Part shown: in pieces, positions 10,686-21,724 of the stretch
How positions within the stretch are numbered: the stretch's first letter is position 1
Layout of the letters: every line of letters starts with the position of its first letter
Assembly (NCBI RefSeq): GCF_006345805.1
Contig: NC_043007.1
Span: forward strand, 10,788,001 to 10,852,000
Reading direction: 5' to 3'
Origin: Octopus sinensis
Lineage: Eukaryota
DNA: 64,000 nt
Translations under genes and position numbers: made by a program
Notes under the pieces: model-generated
Databases searched by the model: none
What the model saw: only the letters and a program-made list of their open reading frames with translations
What the model was told of the DNA's origin: nothing

Positions 10686-11270
10686 CTCCCGTATATCATA
10701 TGTTGGGGGGGGGGGTTCTAAATAAAATGTCCCGTTGTATAAGGAATATAATCCAATATATTCTATATCTGAATAACAGACAGATCTCCTGTATATCATA
10801 TGTTGGGGGGTTTTCTAAATAGAATGTCCCGTTGTATAAGGAATATAATCCAATAGATTCTATATTTGAATAACAGACAGATCTCCTGTATATCATATGT
10901 TGGGGGGTTTTCTAAATAAAATGTCCCGTTGTATAAGGAATATAATCCAATAGATTCTATATTTGAATAACAGACAGATCTCCTGTATATCATATGTTGG
11001 GGGGTTTTCTAAATAAAATGTCCCGTTGTATAAGGAATATAATCCAATATATTCTATATCTGAATAACAGACAGATCTCCTGTATATCATATGTTGGGGG
11101 GTTTTCTAAATAAAATGTCCCGTTGTATAAGGAATATAATCCAATATATTCTATATCTGAATAACAGACAGATCTCCTGTATATCATATGTTGGGGGGGG
11201 TTTTCTAAATAAAATGTCCCGTTATATAAGGAATATAATCCAAGATATTCTATATCTGAATAACAGACAG
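10686..11270. repeat. 97-bp minisatellite, 6 units
   Basis: Unit starts at 10686, 10786, 10883, 10980, 11077 and 11174; explains the 97-nt-staggered minus ORFs. Confidence 0.97.
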
Positions 11271-11629
11271 GAATAGTCTCGGATGGAACGCTTTTCGGTT
11301 ATATGTCTGCTCAATCCGGGCAAACCTGCGGCTAATATAATATAAATGCAAATACCAACTGAAGCACACGGATAAATGTTTTAACTGATAGGAATATATA
11401 GACCCGAGTCTTTTCATTGGTATTTATAATTAACCTCAGAAATTACGCACCTGACAGGAATCGAACCTGGAACGCAAAATATCGTGACTAAATACCACGT
11501 CATTTCGCTCTGACGTTGCTAGAAATCTCGCCCATCACCGCTCGGGTGGATCATATCATCAAACGCGTTCCAGCTTTGACCATCCTATCTGAAATTATTA
11601 AAATATGTCTTTATCATATTAGAAGACAA

Positions 11630-11684
<55 letters not shown>

Positions 11685-13440
11685 TTAAAGTTTTGGCTGT
11701 TATTTCTAGCAGAATTGAATGAGCAGATGGACTCAGTTATTTTAGCTCTCACTCAACCAGCTGACCAATGAATAAAAGCATTAAAGCAATTGTCCGGTGC
11801 TCTGCCAATTTCCATGGCAATAATCGTAACATTACACACACACACACACGCGCGCATTCGTAATCTATATTCTATCAATTTTTTGTCTTATCCGTTATTA
11901 ATTCTATTGTTGTCAGTTATTGGGTAAAGCAATCTCCATATATCGGTAAATTTTGGCCTTGAATCGTAGAAAATTTCGAAGACAAGATGAAGAGAATGGA
12001 GATGGCATGACATGCATTTCTGATAGACATTAATTAACGAGCTAATTAGCTGAGAATTGAACCCCCCCCCCTGTTCCAGAAATGAAATGTTTACAAGTTT
12101 GGAGTAAAGCGAGATATGTGCATGTCTACATACATACATATGTGTGTTTTTGTGTCTGTGTTTTCTCTCACCCCTATACCGCTTGACAACCGGTGTTGGT
12201 CTGATTGCGTCCTCGTAACTTATCGGTTCGGCATGGGTGATCGATACAATACGTGCTAGATTTATTTGTTAGAAAAAAAAAAGAAAACGAAAAGCACTGG
12301 GGTTGATTTGTTTCACGAAAAAAAAAACGTCAAGACGGTGCCCCAGCATGGCCACGGTTCAATCACAGAAACGGCTGCTAAGATTAAATACACACGCACG
12401 CAACGGTGGAGTCCCAGTATGACCGCGTCTCTAAATCTTAAGTTAAAGTTTTGCGTGCGTGTGTGTGTGTGTGTAAAAATATAAGAAAAGATCCGAAAAT
12501 ATATAATAAGGATTGCATATCGGAAGAATTTAAAGAAAACTCGAAACTAGACCAAGAATTTCTCCGACTCGTATTTATTCAATGAAACCAAAGAGAGAGA
12601 GTTTCCCAGGAGGCAATTAGACGTGAATGAAGCGAAGCGGTTGCAACACGGAATAGAAAGCTAGGTCGCAGACTCGCTTTGTTGAGAACAGCACCCCCCC
12701 CATCATCACCACCACCACCATCGCTAATGCACTGAGTCTGGCTGGAATCGCGTGACATTTACGTAGAATAAGGGACAGTTGGATGTTGTGATGTTCATCA
12801 TGTTTTGTTATTTTTATTTTTATTTTTGTTTACCCCGATAAAGTTTGGAATGTTTGAACACGTGTTTGTGAGATGAACGTGGGAGAGAGAGAAAGAGAGA
12901 AAGAAGCAGAGAAAGAAAACAGAGAGAGAGAAGCAGAGAAAGACAGAAAGAGAGAGAGAAAGTGACAGCAGACGAGGAAAGAGACAGACAGAGAAATAGA
13001 GTAGAATTCCATCCATATAGGTAGGCCCTGAGTGACCACACCTTATGGTCAAAGTCCTTTTAGTCGTGACCATACCATTTAGTATATTTAAATATAACTA
13101 CTATGTCCGTTAAGTCCTTTTTATTAAGGTAGCAATAGAATATGGTTTGAGGGAATTTGGCTGTCTTCTCTCAAACAGTTCGGACGATCTCCGAGGTGCA
13201 TGGCAACGTGTATTTACTGTCTCACTTCCTCTTCATTAAACGTATGTCTGCGTTTGTTTATATTTAAAATGTCGATATATAAACGATACCTAGAACAATT
13301 TTCACTTCATAATGCATTATATATATATATATATATATATATACATACATCTATATGTATATATTGTATGTATATATATTATATATATATAACGAATATA
13401 CACATACAATATATATATATATAGAGAGAGAGAGAGATAG

Positions 13441-13477
<37 letters not shown>

Positions 13478-16046
13478 TGTATGTATGTCTGTGCCTGTCC
13501 ACCATCCGCTGCTTGACAACCGGTATTGTCTTGTTTACGTTTCATTAACTTAGCGGTTTGGGTAAAGGATCCTCCAATGGAATGAATACCGGTCTTTAAA
13601 ATAAGTAATGAGGTCGATTTGTTTGCCTAAGTCCTTCAAGACGATGCTCCAGCGTGGCCGCAGTGCAACGACTGAAACAGCAGACAAAAGACGTTTATGT
13701 AAAACACACACACACACGTGTCTGCGTACGCTAACCGACAAAGGTGACTAACCCGATGTTATTTATCCTACACGGTTGTTATGAGTTTAGGAAGAAGCTT
13801 CGCTGGAATATAAACAAATGAAATTAGCTTCGAGCTGGAATCGAAACTAGATCCTGGCGGCCGCGTCTGTCAATCAAATAGTTTATCATTCAGAAAGCTC
13901 AGAATTCGAACTTCAAAGAAGGGAGCCTTCCCATTTTCGCCGCAGTTAGAATCGAATGAAAGATGAAAAGTTGGCTGTTCTAATATTTTGTGAATGATAA
14001 CCATGCGAACCAGTCGCACACGTGAATCGAAACCGCGTCGCTGAGGTTGAGATTTTAATAAATAACTAAACGGTATCATATGACAGCATCAAGCTTCATT
14101 TTTATTTTTAATAGTATTTTATTAAAATAAAATTTCTTTCGAATTATTTTTCTACTTTAGGCACAAAGTCTGGAATTTTAAGGGATGGTTGCTGGTTTAT
14201 CACAATGACCGCAAGGCTCAACTAGTATTTATTTCATCGACCCCAAAAATGATGAAAGGTGAAGTCGACCTCGGTGGAATTTGAACTCATAACGTAAAGA
14301 CGGAGAAACACCGCTAAGCATTTTTTGTCCGGTGCGGTAACGATTCTGCCAGCTCGCCTCTTTGGTAATAATAAATGTTTTTATTTTAGAGAAGTAATTT
14401 TTTTTACAACACGGATGTAACTTGGCAAAATAAACAAATACTTTAACGAGGAGTGAGTATTATCTGTAATAACTAAGGAATGAAAATTGTTGCGAAAAGA
14501 GGGGGAGGAGGTGACAAAATGGGGCAAAAAAAAAAAAAAAGCGGGTTATCAGTCCGGTTGGTACAGACATGAGTATTTAAAAGGATAGTTCTGTTGTTAC
14601 ACATACATGTAAAAATATATATCGGACAGTTGAGGAAAGTTCGAAGTCACTGTCACCACAGTTCTTAAAGAACAACTGTATTGAGCGATCCTTCTGTTTT
14701 ATGTAAAATTATGAAAACCCGACATGAAAATTATATATAGATATGCATATGGGATGGCGGAGCAGTTAGAATGTTGGGCAAAAAAAAAGGCCTTCCAATA
14801 ATTAGCTGTTTGGGCGCAGGTAGTGAGTTCAAATCTCACCGAAGTGAGCCTTGCATTTCATCCTTCCGTACTCGAATAATTATATTGGCAATGTGTTAAA
14901 ATGCGAGGCGCTAGCGTGGTGCAATATACCACAAAATCCTCACCGAATCTCGGCCTCGAATGACAGGTGAAGTGACAGTCGTTCTAGTTCATCTGTGACC
15001 TTACATACACATCGTAATATTCAGGCACACATTCTCTCTTAAAGGAGATCCTTTGTCTAAATGTAAAGTATAATTTTTACTTCTAACATGCATCTCTGGA
15101 TGGTGAGTTTGTTAATTTTGTTTTTGCGACCCCGACTAAGAGTTTTCAACATACGTAATTAAAAAAAATAAGAAGAAAACGTGTGCGTGTATACATGTAT
15201 ATATTCTGAATAGTAAAGGCTGGCAAATAAAAAATTATAAGACGTGTACACTGATATATGTTCTAAAACGTGTTAGGGAATTTTTTTTTAAATATTTCTA
15301 GTACAGACATATATACAACAATGTATATAAATATATATACGTCTAGGTATATATACCATAAATGTGTGTGCGTGTGTTTACATAGAGCAAGAGACTACAT
15401 ACAATACAAAAACATCCCCGAGATGGTTTTCCCGCCTACGACCCGACTTTCCCGCTCTAACGTATCTCACATCCATGTGTGAGTGATGTCTGTGAAAGAA
15501 AAACGAATCAATATAAACATTGTGTGTGTGTGAACGAAGAGAGGGAGAGACTAAGAACGAAGAGCGATAGTTAGAACTAGAAAAATTCGAGGGAATATAT
15601 TAGGGAGAGACAAAAAAGGAACATGAAGGGGTTACACTGTTGGAAAGTGTGTAGAGGGAATATGATTTTTTTTTTCTTCTATGAGGATCTTTTGGAGGTT
15701 TTCGTATTATTTTTTTGTCCTCGAAACCTCCCACTACACACTATTTTTGCGCGCTTACTTTGTGCTAGTATTGAGGGTAGTAGTGATAGAGCTGTGTGTG
15801 AGAAGGCCCGACATTAAGAGACACAATAAACATAAAGAATGAAAGACAGACATATGAAAATAAAGGGAACGGAAAGATAGATAGAGAGATAAAGCGAGAG
15901 ATAGAGAGAGAGAGAGAAATAAAGCGTAGTAGTAGTAGTAATTGGAGGTAGGGGGGGAGAGAAGGAGTAAAGTAGTATTTAGTTGTTTTTGTTTTCACAA
16001 TTTCGTTTGTTTTTCTTTACAACTGTTCCTCAATCAGGTGCATTTG

Positions 16047-16168
16047 ATTGGTCGGATGATCTGATTGGTCAACTCACAACTCAGTTTTACTCTAACGTCC
16101 TTTTCCTTGTTCGCCTCTCACTCCACTCCTCTCTCTTTCCCCTCTGCCTCTCTTCCTCTATATTTAAA
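16047..16168 (+). promoter_or_regulatory. Putative Pim core promoter: two inverted CCAAT boxes and a TATA-like element
   Basis: TGATTGGTC twice (ATTGG at 16047-16051 and 16064-16068); TATATTTAAA at 16159-16168; followed by an ATG-poor leader. Confidence 0.5.
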
Positions 16169-16886
16169 CGCAACCCTCACTGTCTTACTATCTATCGTTT
16201 TATTTGTTTGTTTGTTATTTTTCTTCTTCTTCTTCTTCGCATTCCCTCCTCCTCCTCCTCTGCCTCTCTCTGTTTTCTTGTCGTTGTCGTCCTCCTCCTC
16301 CCTCTCTTCTTTTAACTGTCAGTTGTAAGAGAAAGAGAAAGGGAAAGAGAGAGAGAGAGAGAGAGAAACTCCTTGTTACAAATTCACAACATTCGCTGCT
16401 TTATATTCAGATTGTGTCTCGGTTGCAATCACTCAACATTTACGGAATCACCCCCTTCGCTTCTGCTGCAAAAATCTCCGCCAAGCAAAGGCGCTTATCA
16501 ACAAAAACACTAAATACTATTTACAATACATACCAACAAAACAGCTTCGGTGAAATTATTTACTTACCAAGAAGCAACTAGTAAAAAAAATCTTTCCTTA
16601 ATAATAATAATTACACACCTACCAAAGTGCTTGTTGGAGATTTATTTAAAAAAAAAATTTCTTTTCTCAAAACAAACGTACCGCACAAGAAATACTTTAT
16701 TTTGTATTTATATCACACACACACACACATCTATAAACCCATCTCTGTATATTTATGTATATACAGTCCTTTATCTGTTGTATACAAATACTAAGTTTTT
16801 CTTCATATATTTTATTATTCGGAAATTAACTCCTAAATATTTTAAATTTATTTAAACCAAACTTGGAATTACATTTAACGGTCAAG

Positions 16887-16902
16887 ATGGAAATTCTTAA
16901 AG
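16887..16902 (+). CDS. Pim: Pim-family kinase, coding exon 1 (MEILK-G)
   Basis: Strong Kozak context aagATGG; donor G|GTGAGT at 16903; phase 1 matches exon 2. Confidence 0.8.
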
Positions 16903-17419
16903 GTGAGTTCTCTTTCATTTATTACTTAATAATTAAAATGTTAAATGGGCTTAATTGGATTTTTGGAGCTAGATGTTTGAAAAACACAACCACGCGGCTT
17001 AAATTTCAACCATCGTTTTATTTTTCCTTGTCTCTGTTAACATAACCATAAATAAGTAAAAAGTCAGTTATAATCCGACTTCACTTAAATACTGTTTATC
17101 TTCACTAGAGAAATAGTTCTAATACTTTAGTCTTACGAAAGCCCCTTTACTACACATATAGGGCGATAAGCCATTTTGTTTATGTTTTTGAAAATGTAGT
17201 GTGGGGAAATTTGTAATTGTAAGGTTTAAATTATAGTAATTAAAGATTTCATTTTCAAGTTTAATAATTTAGTAATTGTGTGTTAATATCGTGTAAAAAA
17301 AAAAAAAAATTGTCTTGAGACTTTGTTATTGTAAGTTTAACTAATTGTTAGTTTGTGTTCATAGAAAAATTCAAATGTTGTTTTGCTTTACCATTATGTA
17401 CATTACACGTGTGTATGTG

Positions 17420-17466
<47 letters not shown>

Positions 17467-19359
17467 CACCCACGTGCGTATATTCAATATATAGGTCTTA
17501 GTGTATATTCAGCTTCTGGGCTGATAAAACGCGTGACTTAAAGGGCAGCGATTACTGAGTTTGACATAAACAAACCGTTTTGTTTAAATACGAATGTATA
17601 TATACATATATGTGTGTGTGTGTGTGTGTGGTTATATCTTTATGTATACACACGGACGTTTCTTGTTTAATCTTCAAATGTGTGTGTGTGTGCGCGTGTT
17701 TTGTGATATCTGGTTCTTAAAATCTTGAATAGTAAGATACTGTTTTACAACTATTATTAATATTACACATATTACACTCCCGCAATGCTCTCTCTCTCCA
17801 CCACCACCACTGTCGTCGCAGTCTTCATATCCCTCCCGCCCTTCCCACCGTATATATACTGTCTGACTTCATCTTTTAAGTAGGGTTGTGTATGTATGTA
17901 TGTGTGTGGGCTGATGATGGCTTGCGTGTGTGCTTATTTTATTATTATGTTGGGTGTTGAGACATTTTTAAAACTTGGTCTGTGTGTTCGTGTGTTCGCC
18001 CAGACTTGAAAGCAGCAGTACCATCATCATCGTCGCTGTTGCCCTGACCTCGCTAGCGATGTTCCAGGTCAAGTTAAGCTGATTGTGTGTGTGTGTATAT
18101 ACGTCTGTGTCTGTGTGTCTGTCTTGGCAGCTGACTGACTGCTTGATTACTAGTGGTGGTGGTGGCGACGGAGTGGATGCGCCATTGCACTAAAGTGGTC
18201 TGTCTAGTGTGTGTGTGCGCTTGTGTGTAAGTGTTTTACAGTCAGCCTATATATATATGTATATATATGTATGTATGTACATTGCCAGTGCACTTTGGTA
18301 TGTTGTGTGTGTGTGTGTGTGTGTGTTTTCTGTCTGGAGATTACCAGGCTGTGTATGTTAGCAGGCGGGAAGCTTTTTAGAGAGGTGAGAAGAGGGTTGT
18401 AGTAGCCGAACCAGACATGAAATGGGAGGTCGGCAATTTGATACAACAATGTTATTCAGTGTGTGTCTGTTCTTATCTTAGTCAAGTGCGACGGTCTTTT
18501 TAGATTTTTCGGCCCGACTCCAGGCAATCCTTTTAAATAAAACCCAATATTGGAATAAACCATTTTTCATTTTTTTAAACGGGTTCTTTATTGGCGTCTT
18601 GGAATAATTTTTGCGTAATAATTTAAATGTTATGTGGGATTTTTTTTTTCAAAAAATTTCTAAGTATTCCATATTTAAGAAAATAATTTGGTCTAATGCC
18701 AGATTTGTGATATCGGGTTTTTAAAAAAAAAATTTTTATGTAATATCATTTAGGTCTTGCGCATAATTTCTGTAGTCTGAATTTTAACCTCTACGAGTGT
18801 ATATAGTTAAAAATACGTATTTAATTTACAACTGATAATAATTTTTAGCTGCGTTATGTAGGGGGTCTGCGAATAAGTCCTATATAAACGAAAACGCTTG
18901 TCCGAAAAGGGACTATTGTTTTATTTCTGGAACAAGAAACCGAATTTAGTGTTGCTAGATCTATTCTGTATTTGCTTTGCGATGCCTAGAGATTTAGTTT
19001 TTTTTTCATTAATAGCCTTTGTTTTATTTTCCCTAAAAACAAAAACAAAAGTTTAAGCTAGCTGCCGAAGTGAATTGGAACACGTAGTAGTTTGATCAGA
19101 TATAGTAAAACTCGACAAGCGTCAATGGTCTGTGGTGCGCGCGCTTTTTCCGTGTCTGTGTGTTCGCACCTGTCACACTCGTTCATGCTCACCTGCATTT
19201 TTCAGTCTTCCTCTCTTCGGTATTTCACTTTTTTCTTTTCTTTTTTTTTTTTTTTTCTCTTGCTAGTGCTTTCCTTTTTAATTTCTCTTGTTCGCCATCT
19301 ATCCACTTGTATTTATATTTTCGTTTTTTTTTTTTTCTTTCTCTCTCTCTCTCTCTCAG

Positions 19360-19466
19360 GTCGAGGTAAAACAAGTTTTCAAGACCAATACCATATCCAC
19401 CATCTTCTGGGCAAAGGTGGTTTTGGAATAGTTTACAGTGGATCGCGGAAAAGTGATAATCGACCG
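19360..19466 (+). CDS. Pim: Pim-family kinase, coding exon 2 (P-loop LGKGGFG)
   Basis: Polypyrimidine tract and CAG acceptor; GRGKTSFQDQYHIHHLLGKGGFGIVYSGSRKSDNRP; donor GTATGT; 107 nt. Confidence 0.95.
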
Positions 19467-19910
19467 GTATGTATTTTTAAAAAATACTTTTTGTACGTTT
19501 TACAAGTTAGGATGTGTAGTGAAAAATTATATATGTATATATATATGGGGCTGAAGAGGAAAACCAGAAAATTAACTGTTTTATTATATAAGCTTTTTAA
19601 CCGAAGGGAATTTACGTTCGATTCTTAGATCCGAGAATAATATTTAAGGGGTTTCTGTCTCCCGCTCCCTTCTAAGATTTGTAGTTCTATAGTTTACTCT
19701 CCGTAGACATCTGGTTTACTATTTGTTTTATGGAGTTTGGGTAGGTTATTAGTAAATTTAGAATGCCATCTTCCCAGCCCGAGTTAATTTTTATGGGATG
19801 CGTCTTGTAAATTATATTGTGGGGGTTTTTAAAGAAAAAAATATTTGAATCTGTAGTTCGTGTTAATTATGTGATGTTGATATTTTTTATTTTTGTTATT
19901 TTTACAATAG

Positions 19911-20322
19911 GTTGCTATAAAGGTAATTCAAAGAAGAAAGGTGATCGACTGGGCTCAACTAAATGGTGTTCCCGTAACGCTGGAGATTGTTCTGTTAAAG
20001 AAAGTTGCTGGCATTCCAGGCGTTGTTCGCATGCTGGATTGGTTCCTTACAAACAACTGTTTTATCATTGTCATGGAACGTCCGGACCCAGTTATGGATC
20101 TCTTCGACTACATCACTTCTAAAGGACCATTGAGCGAGGATGTTAGCCGTCGTTTTTTCACTCAAATCGTACATACTGTGATGAACATTCATGAGTCTGG
20201 TGTTGTGCATCGCGACATCAAAGACGAAAACATTTTGGTCGATTTGAAGACTGGCATGCTTAAACTTATCGATTTCGGATCTGGTGCTCTCCTTAAGGAT
20301 TCTGTCTACATGGACTTTGATG
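19911..20322 (+). CDS. Pim: Pim-family kinase, coding exon 3 (VAIK, ERPDP hinge, HRDIKDEN, DFG)
   Basis: TAG acceptor, GTAAGC donor; Pim-diagnostic ERP hinge, HRDIKDENIL and LIDFGSGALLKDSVYMDFDG. Confidence 0.98.
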
Positions 20323-21002
20323 GTAAGCATCAGTTTATTGTTGCTGGAATGTGTGGTTAGCCTCAGATTGCTTCTGTACTAGTAACACTTGCGAGCAAAG
20401 GTTCCTTCCTATCTTTGCTTATTAGGACAACGGGATACCTTGCTATTTCGAAAGTCGAGTGGTTGAAGACCTGTTTCTTCGAGATGACCAATTTATAGTA
20501 GCATATATGGACAGTCAGGAGCTGTAACCATCCTATATAGTGCTTGAGATTGCTATTAATCAGTCCACCTGATTGACATTACTGCGCACTCACGGATTCG
20601 TTTGGAGGAGTGAGATGTGTGAGCAATCTAGGCCTCATTTCTTTTCCTTCGACATTCTAGGTCTTGGCGCACTAAAAATTCACTGCTGGTGTATAATGCT
20701 ACGCTACTGTTTCATGTTTTGGAATCAGTACTTCGGTTTACGGAGTTCAAATTTCACTGGTTCGATTTTTTTTTTTTTTTTAAATATTAGACCATTCTTA
20801 AACTCATTTTTAACTAACATCAGTTCATCAGAATAGTCGCTATCTAGTTTTAATTTCTATAGTAACAAAAACATCCTTCAACTTAACACTACTTATAAAT
20901 AGGAATTCTGTGTGAGAAAGGATGAATGTCTTAAAACAAAAGCCAGACTCTATAAATATCTGACGATTCTAATGTTTTCCATGGTTATTTTTATCTTCAC
21001 AG

Positions 21003-21179
21003 GTACCCGCGTGTACAGTCCACCAGAATGGATTCAGAGCCATAGCTACTACGGACGCACTGCCACCGTCTGGTCTCTTGGTATCTTACTATTTGACATG
21101 GTATGTGGCGATATTCCATTTGAACGTGATGACCAAATCGTTAAAGCTGAACTCCAATTCAAAGATAACTTATCCAAAG
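21003..21179 (+). CDS. Pim: Pim-family kinase, coding exon 4 ([10 protein letters not shown])
   Basis: CAG acceptor, GTAAGG donor; 177 nt; [20 protein letters not shown]. Confidence 0.98.
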
Positions 21180-21536
21180 GTAAGGACACATTTCAAACTA
21201 TATTTAAATGATACGTTTGTAAGTGCATCTAAAATTCGTAAAATCTAGATTTCGTTCAGGAATGACCATAACCTCACATTTTTTTCTTTCAATTCGGCTT
21301 ATTTTAGAAGCTAAAATTTAAGATTTGTTTTTCATAAAATTATTCTTTAATCCGTGTAATCTAAGTCGATCTTGGCAAACTATATCGAGTTGTGTAATTT
21401 TACATATCCTTACAATATCAAGTATGATTCTCAAAGTTAGAATTCTCAATATCGTTAACACTTGTAGGATGTATCAATATTTTTTTTTACCTATGATGGC
21501 AACTAATGTTTTTTTATTCTTTTTTTTTCTTTCCAG

Positions 21537-21724
21537 ATGTTAAAGATTTGATTCGCAAATGTCTGTCTGTCCGTCCATCTGATAGACCCAGCCTGAAAGA
21601 TATACTAAATCACAAATGGATGAAAGATATCTCCGCACCAATTGATTTTAAACAGATTAATCTTGATCATCCCCCATCAATAGCCGGTGCAGCTAGCTGT
21701 ATGGCAGAGGCCCGGAATATATGA
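21537..21724 (+). CDS. Pim: Pim-family kinase, terminal coding exon
   Basis: CAG acceptor; DVKDLIRKCLSVRPSDRPSLKDILNHKWM...ARNI*; total CDS 16+107+412+177+188 = 900 nt (299 aa plus stop). Confidence 0.95.

Noticed and set aside
15090-15110. Donor-like ATG|GTGAGT as an alternative Pim coding exon
   Set aside because: The ATG frame ends in phase 0 and the phase-1 frame has an upstream stop; at most a non-coding exon, unsupported.
16830-16886. Long CUG-initiated N-terminal extension as in mammalian PIM1
   Set aside because: In-frame TAA at 16827-16829 limits any extension to 19 codons.
16547-17366. STAT (TTCN3GAA) sites near the Pim promoter
   Set aside because: Only two loose matches, neither a strong GAS consensus; expected by chance.
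19551-19585. CTGAAGA-GG-AAAA-CC-A-GAAA in intron 2 as a hammerhead; also CTGATGA/CTGACGA hits at 30044, 54682, 57533 and 58559
   Set aside because: No compatible stem I/III, or no GAAA after stem II.
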